Source of the DNA: Burkholderiales bacterium
GTDB taxonomy: Bacteria > Pseudomonadota > Gammaproteobacteria > Burkholderiales > JAEUOS01
Assembly (NCBI GenBank): GCA_965279115.1
Contig: OZ257137.1
Span: 2,806,587 to 2,870,586 of the forward strand
Direction: 5' to 3'
Length of the DNA stretch: 64,000 nucleotides
In this document: piece after piece, positions 19,999 through 30,190 of the stretch
Layout of the letters: every line of letters starts with the position of its first letter
How positions within the stretch are numbered: position 1 is the stretch's first letter
Program-made: the position numbers and the translations under genes
Notes under the pieces: generated by a model
What the model saw: the letters and a program-made list of their open reading frames with translations, nothing else
The model's database searches: none
Told to the model about the DNA's origin: nothing

Positions 19999-20936
19999 AC
20001 GTCAAGCGCGCCAGCTTCGGGGCCGCGCCGGGGGTCGAAAACGGATCGGTTGCCGCATGGGCGGTGGCGGTGCGGCCCAAGACTTTCATGGTGGCCATCA
20101 GTCCGGTGCTGGTGGGCGCGACCCTGGGATTCGCACGTACCGGCGCCATTGACCCGTTGGCCGCCTTGCTGGTGCTGGGCGCCGCCCTGCTCATGCAGGT
20201 GATCACCAACATGCAGAACGACGTCGGGTACACCGTGCGCGGCGGCGAGAAGAGCGGTACGCGGACCGGCCTGCCGCGCGCCACTGCCAATGGTTGGCTC
20301 TCCGTGGGTCACGTGCGTGCAGGCATCGTCGCTGCGGCGGCAGTGGCCACCTGCCTTGGCCTGGCGCTGGTGGCCTATCGCGGCTGGCCGGTGCTGGCCA
20401 TCGGCGTGGCTTCGTTGCTGGCGGCGCTTGCCTATATGGGCGGGCCCCGGCCGATTGCCTATACGCCTTTGGGCGAGGCGACGGTGTTCGTGTTTTTCGG
20501 CCTGATCGCGGTGATGGGGACCGACTGGGTCCTCACCGGCGGGATCGGCGCTGCGAGCGCGCTGGCGTCGTGCGCCATCGGTGGGCTGGCGGCGGCCGCC
20601 CTGGCGGTGAACAACCATCGTGACATCGCGCATGACCGCCTGGCCGGACGGCGCACCTTCGCGGTCACCTTCGGGGCCCGCGCTTCGCACCATCTGTACG
20701 GCATTCTGCTGCTCGGACCGTTCGCGCTGTTGCCGGTGATGGCCTGGGTGGAGCGCGACGTCGCCTTGCTGTTGCCGTTGGTGATGCTGCCGGTCGCGCA
20801 GGCCTTGCGTCGCGATTTCGTCGCCTGTCCGCCCGGCACCGCTTTCAATGAAGTGCTGTTCCGCACCTTCCGGATCGAACTGTGGTTCGCCGCGCTGCTC
20901 TCGGCCGGCGCGTTGCTCGGCAGGATCGCGGGGTAG
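19995..20936 (+). CDS. menA: UbiA-superfamily prenyltransferase, MenA-like
   Basis: Polytopic membrane protein with NDVGY and HRDIAHDRLAGRRT Asp-rich motifs. ATGA overlap with ubiE. Confidence 0.75.
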   Translation: MNVKRASFGAAPGVENGSVAAWAVAVRPKTFMVAISPVLVGATLGFARTGAIDPLAALLVLGAALLMQVITNMQNDVGYTVRGGEKSGTRTGLPRATANGWLSVGHVRAGIVAAAAVATCLGLALVAYRGWPVLAIGVASLLAALAYMGGPRPIAYTPLGEATVFVFFGLIAVMGTDWVLTGGIGAASALASCAIGGLAAAALAVNNHRDIAHDRLAGRRTFAVTFGARASHHLYGILLLGPFALLPVMAWVERDVALLLPLVMLPVAQALRRDFVACPPGTAFNEVLFRTFRIELWFAALLSAGALLGRIAG

Positions 20937-20957
20937 GCGCGCGGCCGGCGGCGCCCG

Positions 20958-21452
20958 ATGATCGTGCATCATTCCGCGCTCGTGGGGCGCAGCGCGGAAA
21001 CGCTGTTCGACCTGATCGAGGCGGCTGAAAACTATCCACGCTTTCTGCCCTGGTGTGCCGGCGCGAGTATCGTCAGTCGCACCGACGCCGAGGTCAGTGC
21101 CGACATCCGCGTCAGCTACCACGGGGTCAGCTTCGGCTTTCGTACCCGCAACCCGAAGCGCCGGCCGGTGCACATGACCTTACACCTTGAGCAGGGGCCT
21201 TTCCGGCGCTTCGAGGGCGAATGGAGCCTGACCGTGCTGGCGCCCGAGGCCTGCAAGGTGGAATTCACGCTCGACTACGAGTTCGACAGCGCCTTGATGA
21301 CCCGTATGGCCGGCCCCGCTTTCGCGCACATCTCGGGCACGCTGGTCGACGCCTTCGTGCGCCGCGCCGAGGCGCTGCGGTCCCCGGCAGATACTGGCGC
21401 GGGTGCGTCTGCAACGCTATCGGGTTCTGAGGGCCCGGCGCAGAAGGCATGA
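20958..21452 (+). CDS. SRPBCC-family protein (RatA/Coq10-like)
   Basis: YPRFLPWC block typical of RatA/Coq10-type START-fold proteins. Confidence 0.8.
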   Translation: MIVHHSALVGRSAETLFDLIEAAENYPRFLPWCAGASIVSRTDAEVSADIRVSYHGVSFGFRTRNPKRRPVHMTLHLEQGPFRRFEGEWSLTVLAPEACKVEFTLDYEFDSALMTRMAGPAFAHISGTLVDAFVRRAEALRSPADTGAGASATLSGSEGPAQKA

Positions 21453-21485
21453 TGGCGATCCAGGGCCGTTGCCACCATGCCCGCA

Positions 21486-22763
21486 TCACCCGCGAGGGGG
21501 CTGACGACCGGTAGTGGCGTCGCCATCGGGGCGCGGGCCCAGCCACGCGACCAGTTGCGCATGGACCTCGGCGCGGTTGAGCAGGTCCCAATGATTGGCG
21601 CCCTCAATCACCAGTTGGTGCGATGTCGGCACAGCCAGGGCGAGGGCCGGGTCGCGGTGCTCGCCCAGCGCGCTGGCCAGCGGCACCAGGCCATCGCCGA
21701 TCACGGTGCTGGCCAGTCCCGTGCCAGCTTGCGCGCGCGTGGCGGCCACGACATAGGCATCCACGCCGGCGGGCAAGGGCGTGGGCCGGCGATCATCATG
21801 CTTTTGCGCGTGGTGCTCGCGACCCTGCCAGTCGGCGTCCTGCAGGTTGCCGTAGCGCAGGTCGGTGATGCCGGCGCTGCGCGCGCGCCCGAGCCGGCCG
21901 AACGGCGCCACGTAAGGGGAGAAGCCGAGCAGGGTATCGACCAGATGGCCGCCACGCTCCAGCGGCGCACCCTGGTGGGGAGTGCCGAGAAATACCAGTT
22001 TTGTAAGCGAGCCAGGCCAGGCAAATCCGGCTTCACCCGCGTAATGGCAGGCGCTGCGCGCGACCAGGCCGCCCATGCTGTGGCCGAGGATCACCAGTTC
22101 GTTCACAGGCATCGGCCAGCGCCGCACCAATTGCTCCAGCAATGCGGCGAAATCGCGACCGTTTTGCGAAACATGTCGTCCGCTGTTGTAGTGCAGGTAG
22201 AGCGGGGTGAATCCGAGATCGCGCGCCAGCGCCGCGCCGTGGTCATGCCCCTTGCGATTCCACTGCAGGTCGTTCATGCACAACCCATGTACCAGCACCA
22301 CCAGTTTGCCGGTGGGCGCGGATAACTGCGCGGCCAGGCCGTCATTGACGAGGTCGAGCGCCTTGCCGCCAATCCGAAGTGTCATCGGTATGGCGAGCGG
22401 ATTGGCGGTGTCGGCGAGATGGTCGCCCCACAGGCCGTTCAGAGCCGCAACCATCGCCTCGCGTTGCGGATTGGCAACGGTGGTTTCGGACGAGCCGGCG
22501 AAGGCGGTCAGCAACGCATCGAGACCATGGCCCACCGCCCGCGTGGTGCCGCGCACCGCGCCATACACGAAACCGGTGATGCCACCGGTGCGGCCCGGCG
22601 GCGCCGCGCCGACAATCCCCGCGCGCGAGGCGATGGCGTGGTGCATGGCCTCCACCAGGTCGGTCACGCCGAGGGTCGCGTCGATGCCCAGGCGCGAAAG
22701 GCCGCGCAGGTCGGAGGCGAGGGCCGGAAGCGCGCGGTTCGGGACGGGCTTTGCATCTGCCAT
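21486..22763 (-). CDS. alpha/beta hydrolase
   Basis: GHSMGG nucleophile elbow. Start moved to ATG 22763 (MADAKPV) from the ORF-track start at 23015. Confidence 0.75.
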   Translation of the reverse strand: MADAKPVPNRALPALASDLRGLSRLGIDATLGVTDLVEAMHHAIASRAGIVGAAPPGRTGGITGFVYGAVRGTTRAVGHGLDALLTAFAGSSETTVANPQREAMVAALNGLWGDHLADTANPLAIPMTLRIGGKALDLVNDGLAAQLSAPTGKLVVLVHGLCMNDLQWNRKGHDHGAALARDLGFTPLYLHYNSGRHVSQNGRDFAALLEQLVRRWPMPVNELVILGHSMGGLVARSACHYAGEAGFAWPGSLTKLVFLGTPHQGAPLERGGHLVDTLLGFSPYVAPFGRLGRARSAGITDLRYGNLQDADWQGREHHAQKHDDRRPTPLPAGVDAYVVAATRAQAGTGLASTVIGDGLVPLASALGEHRDPALALAVPTSHQLVIEGANHWDLLNRAEVHAQLVAWLGPRPDGDATTGRQPPRG

Positions 22764-23001
22764 TTGAAGAATCCGTGATGATTGCGACGCTTCACTATGC
22801 GCCGCCGCCGGGCGCCACGCAAGCGATGCACTAGTGGCCGGTCTCGGTCGCATCGTCCGGGTCATGCATGCCCGATGGGCACGGGTACAGCGCGGCGACA
22901 CCGGCGTGAATGTGCACCAACGCACAGAACTGCCGATCGACTTTGACGGAGGATAGCCGCATCCACCGCCACGCGGCGGCTCAGGGTGAAGGAGAAACAA
23001 A

Positions 23002-23391
23002 GTGAAAAACACCACCGAGGCTGTTTCGCCGCGGCGAATTCTCTATTTTGACGAAGATCGGGATTTCGGCCAGCTGCTGGCGTGGGCACTGGGCCAGTTC
23101 GGACACCAAGTCACGACATTCTCGGATTCGCAAGACGCGCTGGGCGCGATCTTCGTGGCGCCATGGGACTGGGACCTGGTGATTTTTGCGATGGGAGGCA
23201 AGGAACCCGGTGCGGAGCAGGTCGTCAAGGCGATCCGGCAACTGCGGCCGGACCTGCATTGCGCCCTGGTTTCACCGGAGGCCGAATTGGACGCCTGCCG
23301 CGCGTCAGACTTGTCTTTCCTGGCCCCCATCATCCGCAAGCCTGTCTGCATGCGGCAATTCGCCGCACTTGCCGAGCTCACCCTGCACTGA
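23002..23391 (+). CDS. orphan receiver-domain-like protein
   Basis: CheY-like pattern (ILYFDEDRD acidic pocket, IRKP lysine). By manual alignment the expected phospho-acceptor Asp in DLVIFAMGG appears to be Ala. GTG start. Confidence 0.45.
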   Translation: MKNTTEAVSPRRILYFDEDRDFGQLLAWALGQFGHQVTTFSDSQDALGAIFVAPWDWDLVIFAMGGKEPGAEQVVKAIRQLRPDLHCALVSPEAELDACRASDLSFLAPIIRKPVCMRQFAALAELTLH

Positions 23392-23405
23392 CTGGAGGCC
23401 TCGCG

Positions 23406-23675
23406 ATGCACCCAAACCCGAACCTCGCCCCCGAGACTTTGATCGCCCGCCCCAACGGACACGGCAATGCTGGCGCGCCCGGCATTGTCCTGCGCAACGG
23501 GCTGCCCATGCCAATCTTGCCGCAGGCACAGGTCTCGCCCCACACGCGCCACCTGATGATCCAGACAGCGGCCTACTTTCTCGCCCAGGGCCGGGGTTTC
23601 CTGCCGGGGCGTGAACTGGACGATTGGCCGGCGGCCGAGGAACTGATCGGGCAGGAGTTGGCGGCAGGGCCGTGA
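23406..23675 (+). CDS. DUF2934-like small protein
   Basis: AAYFLAQGRGFLPGRELDDWPAAEE matches the DUF2934 pattern (helix...G...DLEDWLxAE). Confidence 0.5.
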   Translation: MHPNPNLAPETLIARPNGHGNAGAPGIVLRNGLPMPILPQAQVSPHTRHLMIQTAAYFLAQGRGFLPGRELDDWPAAEELIGQELAAGP

Positions 23676-24093
23676 TCGTCTGGTCGAGGCGGTGCCGGGA
23701 TCGTTGCAGCGGCCACGGCACCGCCCTTTGCACGTGTGCCGCCCGTCAGCGCTGCGAGTTCGAGGATGCGGCACGGACGCAGTGCTCGTTCTTGGTCAAG
23801 ACGGCGAACGCGATTGACGATGGTTGCGCTTGGATCGCGGTTTCAGTGAAACTTGGCTGGGAAGGCTAGCCTGCGCCTGAACAGCAGCCAAAGCATCGCC
23901 CATGCGGCGCCAGACGCCCAGCCGGCCAGTACGATGGTTGCCCTGTGCGCGTGCTGGCAAGCAGGGCACAGGGTGAGGAGCACTATGGCGGAACCGATAT
24001 TGTCACGGCGCCGCCCTGCCATCCTATGCGCGCAGGGGAAGTGCGGTATCTTCGGATTGACGACCGGTTCAAGCAGGAAAGGCAAGCGGGCCC

Positions 24094-25887
24094 ATGAGTG
24101 AATCTGCGCCCCAGCGACCGCAGCCGGGGCCGGGACGGATTCTCCGGCCCCCGAAGCGATCGAACCAGCCGGGCTGGATGCGCTGGCTGCCCGGCCTGCA
24201 GGTGCTGCGCCACTACGATATCGGTTGGCTGCGTCACGACGTCATGGCCGGACTCGCGTTGACCGCGGTGCTGGTGCCGGTGGGCATAGCGTACGCGGTG
24301 GCTTCCGGTGTGCCGGCCATCTGCGGTTTGTACGCCACCATCTTTGGTCTCCTGGCCTACGCGTTGTTCGGGCCGAGCCGGGTACTGGTGCTGGGACCGG
24401 ATTCCTCGCTGGTTGCGCTCATCCTTGGGGTGGTGCTGCCCTTGTCTGGTGGCGATCCGGCACGCGCCATGTCACTGGCCGCGATGTTGGCGCTGGTATC
24501 GGGAACAATCTGTGTTCTGGCCGGCAGCCTGCGTCTGGGTTTCGTGACCGAGCTGCTCTCCAAACCGATCCGCTATGGCTACATGAACGGCATCGCGTTG
24601 ACGGTGATCGTCAGCCAGTTGCCGGCGCTGTTCGGCTTCGGAATCGAGTCCGGCGGCATGTTGCGGCAGGCATGGGCGTTCGCCATGGCATTGCCCGAGG
24701 GCAAGACCAATCCCGTGGCGCTTGCGCTGGGCTGTGGCACGTTGCTGGTGGTCTTCGTGCTGGCGCGCTGGAAAGGCCTGCCCGGGGTGCTGATTGCCGT
24801 GGCCGGTGCGACCATTCTCAACGGCATGCTTGATCCCGCGCTACGTGCGGGCGTCGATGTGCTGGGTTCACTGCCGCAGGGACTGCCGGCCATGCGCATG
24901 CCGGTGGTCGGCTTCGATGACATCGCACCCGTGCTTCTGGGAGGTCTGGCGGTGGCGCTGGTGTCCTTTGCCGATACAAGCGTCCTCGCACGCAGCTTTG
25001 CGGCGCGCAGCGGCGCCTTGCCGGATCCCAATCGCGAGATGGTGGGGCTGGGCGCGGCGAATCTGGCCGCCGGCCTGTTTCAGGGGTTTCCGATCAGCGC
25101 GAGCGCATCGCGAACGCCGGTGGCCGAAATGGCGGGCGCGAAGACCCAGTTGACCGGCGTGGTCGGCGCGCTCGCGGTCGGTGTGTTGCTGGTGGCAGCG
25201 CCCGATCTGCTTGCCAACCTGCCGCGTGCCACGCTGGCGGCGGTGGTGATCGCATCCGCCTTTGCGCTGATCGAGGTTGCCGACCTGCGCCGCATCCATC
25301 GCATCCAGCCTTGGGAGTTCTGGCTTTCGATGGGATGCTTCGCCGGTGTGGCGGTGTTCGGCGCCATCCCCGGGATCGGGCTGGCAATCGTGGCCGCGGT
25401 GATCGAGTTCCTTTGGGACGGCTGGCGCCCGCATTCCGCGGTGCTGGGCCGCGTCGATGGCGTCAAGGGATACCACGACCTCACGCGCTATCCGGATGCC
25501 CGCCGGGTCCCCGGCCTGGTGCTGTTCCGCTGGGACGCGCCCTTGTTCTTCGCCAATGCGGAGCTTTTCCAGGCGCGCGTGCTCGACGCGGTGGCCGCCT
25601 CGCCCACGCCGGTACGATGGCTGGTGGTGGGTGCTGAACCGGTCACCAGCATCGATGTCACGGCGGCCGACGTCCTCGATGAACTCGACCAGTCGCTCAG
25701 GGCGGCAGGTGTCGACCTGTGCTTCGCCGAGATGAAGGATCCCGTCAAGGACAAACTCAAGCGCTTCGGTCTTTTTTCCCGCCTCGGCGAAGAGCGCTTC
25801 TTTGCCACCCTGGGCGAGGCGGTGAGCAGTTACCTCAATGCGCACCCGGTCGACTGGGTGGACTGGGAGGACCGCCTCGCCCGGTGA
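24094..25887 (+). CDS. SulP-family anion permease with C-terminal STAS domain
   Basis: 597 aa. Polytopic core followed by a STAS-like tail (VLFRWDAPLFFANAE...DVTAADVLDEL). Confidence 0.9.
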   Translation: MSESAPQRPQPGPGRILRPPKRSNQPGWMRWLPGLQVLRHYDIGWLRHDVMAGLALTAVLVPVGIAYAVASGVPAICGLYATIFGLLAYALFGPSRVLVLGPDSSLVALILGVVLPLSGGDPARAMSLAAMLALVSGTICVLAGSLRLGFVTELLSKPIRYGYMNGIALTVIVSQLPALFGFGIESGGMLRQAWAFAMALPEGKTNPVALALGCGTLLVVFVLARWKGLPGVLIAVAGATILNGMLDPALRAGVDVLGSLPQGLPAMRMPVVGFDDIAPVLLGGLAVALVSFADTSVLARSFAARSGALPDPNREMVGLGAANLAAGLFQGFPISASASRTPVAEMAGAKTQLTGVVGALAVGVLLVAAPDLLANLPRATLAAVVIASAFALIEVADLRRIHRIQPWEFWLSMGCFAGVAVFGAIPGIGLAIVAAVIEFLWDGWRPHSAVLGRVDGVKGYHDLTRYPDARRVPGLVLFRWDAPLFFANAELFQARVLDAVAASPTPVRWLVVGAEPVTSIDVTAADVLDELDQSLRAAGVDLCFAEMKDPVKDKLKRFGLFSRLGEERFFATLGEAVSSYLNAHPVDWVDWEDRLAR

Positions 25888-25983
25888 TGAATCCGGGTTG
25901 ACGTTTGGATCATGGAACGCACCATCGCGGCAGGGCGCACGGGCCGGCAGGCCGGAACACGCGCTTGCCGGCCGCCTGCCGCA

Positions 25984-26391
25984 CTAGGAAATCCAGAACT
26001 CGAAAATCACCGCCGAGAACGCCACCAAGAGCACCAGGATCGTCGCGGCGAATGACTTGGACGGTTCAAGGTTGCGGTGGCGGAAGAACATGTACAGGTC
26101 GGAGAACATGTGCGCCGGCAAATGGACAAGCAGGTAGTGCGCCACGTAAATGCCCCAGCACAGGATCAGCGGCAAACCCGCCAGGAGGAGCATCGGGTCG
26201 CTGATGATGGGACGTGGCACATTGATGATCATCACCGCGGCCAGGATCAGGTGATAAGCCCAGAATATCCGCGCAAGCACCTTCAGGCTGGCGGGCGGAA
26301 CGCGCTCCCGCAACTGTTCGAGCTTCAGGAACCGGTCGCTTGCGCGCAGCAGCGACTGCAGGCGTGAATCCCAATCATCCCTGGTTTCCAT
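25984..26391 (-). CDS. hypothetical membrane protein
   Basis: 135 aa with three or four hydrophobic helices. No motif recognised. Confidence 0.45.
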   Translation of the reverse strand: METRDDWDSRLQSLLRASDRFLKLEQLRERVPPASLKVLARIFWAYHLILAAVMIINVPRPIISDPMLLLAGLPLILCWGIYVAHYLLVHLPAHMFSDLYMFFRHRNLEPSKSFAATILVLLVAFSAVIFEFWIS

Positions 26392-26533
26392 CGCGGATCT
26401 CCCCTTCGTTGTTCGAGCGTTTCCTATTCTGCATCAGACCTGCTTTGCGTGCTTGCACATTCAGTGCGCGCGTCGCCGCCGTTAATGGAGGATAATTTCG
26501 CTCCGTGCCCACCCACGGAAGAAGCAACGCCCC

Positions 26534-27391
26534 ATGAGCATGCCGGCTGGTTCAGAGTTTGCCCCCGCGTCGACGTTGTCTTCACTTCCCGGGACCCTTG
26601 CGGTCGCACCGCGGGAAGCGGATCGACGCGCCATCCTGCGCGAGGAGATCCGCCAGGCCCGGGACATGCTGCAGCGCCTGCCTGCTGCCGAGCAGCAGCG
26701 GCTCTACGAGGAGTCCCGCGCCAGGAGCACGACGCTGTTCGCGCTACTGCATCGCCTCGAGGAAGACCCGGTCATGCGGCCGCTGGTCCACTCGGCGGTG
26801 GAACGAACCCGGCTTGCACCTGCGGACGCCGAACTTGCCCGCGCGGCCGCCCGGTCGTTTGCGGCGGCCTTCCGCGCCGGAGACAGGTCCTTTCGCAAGG
26901 CGGTTGAGTTCGTGCTGCGCAGGTTGTGCGAGGAATTTGGCGAAGCCAATGCACGCCGTCTCAAGCTGGCCGACCTGCAGCGCGGCTACCTCGCCGCGGC
27001 GGCGCGCGCCAAGGCCGGCGAATTCGAAAGTGCCGCCAGCGTGATGAAAGTTGCGAGCGTAGGCGAGTTGTGGTGCTTCAGCATCGAGGCGCCGGCCGGG
27101 TCTGCATGGTCGGGCAAGGACGGTATCGCTCCCGGGGCGACCGAGCCAGCCGGCCCCGCAAGTGCGGGTGAGCACCTTCTGGTCACCAGCCTGGTGGCGG
27201 CTTGCCTCAACCTCGAAGCGGGCGTGCGCAACTTCGCCGAATTCACCGAGGCCATGGCCACCGACCTGGGCGAGGCTGTGCGCCCCTATTTGCGAGTCGT
27301 CTACGAGGCGATCCGCCACTATCCCGGCATCGATCTGTCGGGCCGCAAGGTGCCGCCACCTGCTGAGGAAGGCTTCCTGCTCGCGGCCTGA
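26534..27391 (+). CDS. hypothetical protein
   Basis: 285-aa ORF with no recognisable motif. Confidence 0.4.
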   Translation: MSMPAGSEFAPASTLSSLPGTLAVAPREADRRAILREEIRQARDMLQRLPAAEQQRLYEESRARSTTLFALLHRLEEDPVMRPLVHSAVERTRLAPADAELARAAARSFAAAFRAGDRSFRKAVEFVLRRLCEEFGEANARRLKLADLQRGYLAAAARAKAGEFESAASVMKVASVGELWCFSIEAPAGSAWSGKDGIAPGATEPAGPASAGEHLLVTSLVAACLNLEAGVRNFAEFTEAMATDLGEAVRPYLRVVYEAIRHYPGIDLSGRKVPPPAEEGFLLAA

Positions 27392-27409
27392 GATTCGCAA
27401 ACGGATTGA

Positions 27410-28402
27410 TCAGGGCTTCAGCAGCAGCTTGCCCATCACGGCACGCGCATCGAGCAGTTCGTGTGCCAGGCGTGCCTGCGAAAGCGGCAGGCGATCATGG
27501 ATCGGCGGGTTGACCTGCCCGCGCGCGAACAGGTCGATCACCGTGTCGCGCACATGGCGCTTGCCGACCGGGTCGTGGTCGTAGGCATGCATGGTGAAAC
27601 AGCGCACTGCCGGGCTTTTGGGCAGGTGGGCGCGCATCTCGCGAAACAGTTCCTTCTCGGGCGTGCCGCCCAGCGCGTTGAAGGAGACGATCATGCCAAG
27701 ATTGGCCAGCATGTCGAGGCTATCGGTGAAGTTCTTGCCCACCACATGGTCGAGGATCAGGTCGACGCCTTCGCCATTGGTGAGTTCGAGCACCCGTTCG
27801 ACCACCCGCTCGCGGGAATAGTCGATCGCGTGCGTTGCGCCCTGCGCCATGGCGAACGCGCATTTCTCCGCCGAGCTGGCGCCGCCAATCACCTTGAACC
27901 CCGCCACCTTGCAGAGTTGTATGACGGCGCTGCCGATACCACCAGCTGCGCCATTGACATACACCGAGCGGATGTCCACGCCGCGCGCGGCGCGATGCAT
28001 CAGCGCCCAGGCGACCTGGTAGTTGGGAATACTCACCGCGGCGTCGAGATCGATTGAATCGGGCAGCGGCGTCACGTCGGTTGCCGGCACGGCCGCCAAT
28101 TCGGCGTAGCCGCGCCCGCCGAAGTGATACACCAGGACAGGCGTGCCGACCCTGAGTTGCGGATGCTGTGCGGCCACGCCCTCACCGAGAGCCTCGACTA
28201 TCCCTGTCATTTCCGCGCCCGGAGTGGCGGGCAGCGGCGGCATCCAGCGATAGGCACCGGTGCGCATGAGCACATCGGGCTTGCCCACGCCGATGGCGAC
28301 CGAGCGCACCAGTACCTCGCCGGGGGCGGGCACCGGAGTGGGTATATCGACCAGTTCCAGCACTTCCGGGCCGCCGGTCACCTTGATCTGGATGGCTTTC
28401 AT
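27410..28402 (-). CDS. NADPH:quinone oxidoreductase / MDR-family zinc-type dehydrogenase
   Basis: MKAIQIKVTGGPEVLELVDIP N-terminus and the AAGGIGSA cofactor motif. Start at ATG 28402. Confidence 0.85.
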   Translation of the reverse strand: MKAIQIKVTGGPEVLELVDIPTPVPAPGEVLVRSVAIGVGKPDVLMRTGAYRWMPPLPATPGAEMTGIVEALGEGVAAQHPQLRVGTPVLVYHFGGRGYAELAAVPATDVTPLPDSIDLDAAVSIPNYQVAWALMHRAARGVDIRSVYVNGAAGGIGSAVIQLCKVAGFKVIGGASSAEKCAFAMAQGATHAIDYSRERVVERVLELTNGEGVDLILDHVVGKNFTDSLDMLANLGMIVSFNALGGTPEKELFREMRAHLPKSPAVRCFTMHAYDHDPVGKRHVRDTVIDLFARGQVNPPIHDRLPLSQARLAHELLDARAVMGKLLLKP

Positions 28403-28446
28403 GGCCGGTCTCTCCGTCCGGTTGTTGTTGCGTGATGGGGCGGCGC

Positions 28447-30135
28447 TTACTTCAACGGGGGAAACGCCAGCTTGCGGCTTGCCTGGCGCCACGCGCTCAT
28501 CTGGTGGGCGGAGCTCTTCACATGCACCACCACCGGCCGGTCGCTCGGTGCGAAAGCCTCCGCGAGGGCGGCCTCGATGCCGGCTTCGGTGTCGATGGTG
28601 ATGCCCCTGGCGCCGAAGGATTGTGCCCACAGGGCGAAATCGGGATTGGCCAATTGCGTGGCGGCCTCGAACGGACGGCCCGGAAAGCGCATGTCCTGGT
28701 GCAGGCCGATGGTGCCGTAGTTGCCGTTGTCCGAGATGATGATGATGGGTTTCAGGCCGTACAGGCGCGCGGTGGCCAGTTCGTTGCCGGTCATGAGTGC
28801 GCCGCCGTCGCCGAGGAAGGCCACCACCTGGCGTTCCGGATTGCGCAAGCAGGCGGCCACTGCCATCGGCACGCCAGCGCCCATCGCTCCGACCACGGAA
28901 GTGAGCACCTCCTGCCCGCGGCGAAAGCCGACATAGCGGTACAGAAAGGTCGAGAAGCTGCCGGCGTCCACCGTGACGGCGGCGTCAGCTGCGAGGTGCT
29001 TCTCGACCGCGCACACCACGGCGGCAAAGTTGACGCCGTCGTCGACCTTGTCCCAAACCGGCGCGCGCACTTCGGCGCCGAGGGCATGCAGGCCGGAAAC
29101 CCAGGCTTTCCGTTGTGTCGTGATCGCCGGGGCTGGCAGGTTGAGCAGCGCACGCACAGCTTCATGCGGATCGCAGGGCAAACCCAGCGCGGGGCGCCAC
29201 ACGCGGCCGACTTCGTTGGCGTCGGGCCAGATGTGCACCAGCGGCATCTGCGGGTCCGGCGCGCTGGGAAAGGTGTACGACTGGCTGAGCGTGTCGGTGA
29301 GGCGTTCGCCCAGCGCGATCAGCAGGTCGGTCTTCTTGAGCTCCGCGAGCAGCTTGGCCGGCGTGCGGATACCCACGTGGCAGGCAAAGTTTGGATGGCG
29401 CGAATCGAACAGGTGCGGCCGCTTGTTGGTGGGGCATACCGGCACGCCCCACACCTCGGCCAGCTTTTCCAGGTCGGCAAGCGCCGCGTCGCCGGAAAGT
29501 GCGCCACCCACCCAGATGAGCGGGCGCTCGGCCTTGGCGAGCATGTCGGCCAGTTGCGCGAGGTCCTGCGCGCGCGGGCCGGGAGCCACATCGATGCGCG
29601 GCTGCACCAGCGGCGCATCGGTGAGATCGGTCAACAGGTCTTCGGGCAGGACCACCGCCACCGGGCCGGGCGTGCCGCTTTGCGCAATGTGGAAGGCGCG
29701 CGAGATCGCGTCAGACGCCTGGTCCGGGTCGAACACCTCGATGACCGACTTGGTGATGTCGCACAACAGGCGCGCGTAGTTCTGCTCCTGAAGTGCCATG
29801 CGGCCGATGTCCTTGCGCTCCACATGGCCGATCAGCATGATCAGCGGCGCGGCGTCGTGGAAGGCGGTGTGCAGCGCCACCATCGCATGGGTCAAGCCCG
29901 GGCCGCGCGAAACCAGGCACACGCCGGCGCGCCGCCGGAGCAGCCCGTCGGCGATCGCCATCGAGCCCGCGCCGCCCTCGTGGCGGCAAACGATCAGGCG
30001 GATCGAGGGCACATCGGTGAGCGCGTCGGTGAGGCCGAGGTAGCTCTCGCCCGGCACACAGAAAATGGTGTCCACGCCCTGCAGTGCGAGGCTCAGGGCG
30101 ATTTTTCTGCCGACGGATTCTTTCATTTGGGGCAT
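28447..30135 (-). CDS. thiamine-diphosphate-dependent enzyme (acetolactate-synthase-like)
   Basis: TPP motif GDGGALMTGNELATARLYGLKPIIIISDNGNYG; 562 aa with a three-domain layout. Confidence 0.9.
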   Translation of the reverse strand: MPQMKESVGRKIALSLALQGVDTIFCVPGESYLGLTDALTDVPSIRLIVCRHEGGAGSMAIADGLLRRRAGVCLVSRGPGLTHAMVALHTAFHDAAPLIMLIGHVERKDIGRMALQEQNYARLLCDITKSVIEVFDPDQASDAISRAFHIAQSGTPGPVAVVLPEDLLTDLTDAPLVQPRIDVAPGPRAQDLAQLADMLAKAERPLIWVGGALSGDAALADLEKLAEVWGVPVCPTNKRPHLFDSRHPNFACHVGIRTPAKLLAELKKTDLLIALGERLTDTLSQSYTFPSAPDPQMPLVHIWPDANEVGRVWRPALGLPCDPHEAVRALLNLPAPAITTQRKAWVSGLHALGAEVRAPVWDKVDDGVNFAAVVCAVEKHLAADAAVTVDAGSFSTFLYRYVGFRRGQEVLTSVVGAMGAGVPMAVAACLRNPERQVVAFLGDGGALMTGNELATARLYGLKPIIIISDNGNYGTIGLHQDMRFPGRPFEAATQLANPDFALWAQSFGARGITIDTEAGIEAALAEAFAPSDRPVVVHVKSSAHQMSAWRQASRKLAFPPLK

Positions 30136-30190
30136 TGCCTGACGACTGGACGAAGGCGCGATTCTAGCGGCTGGCCCGGCTCGTCAGATT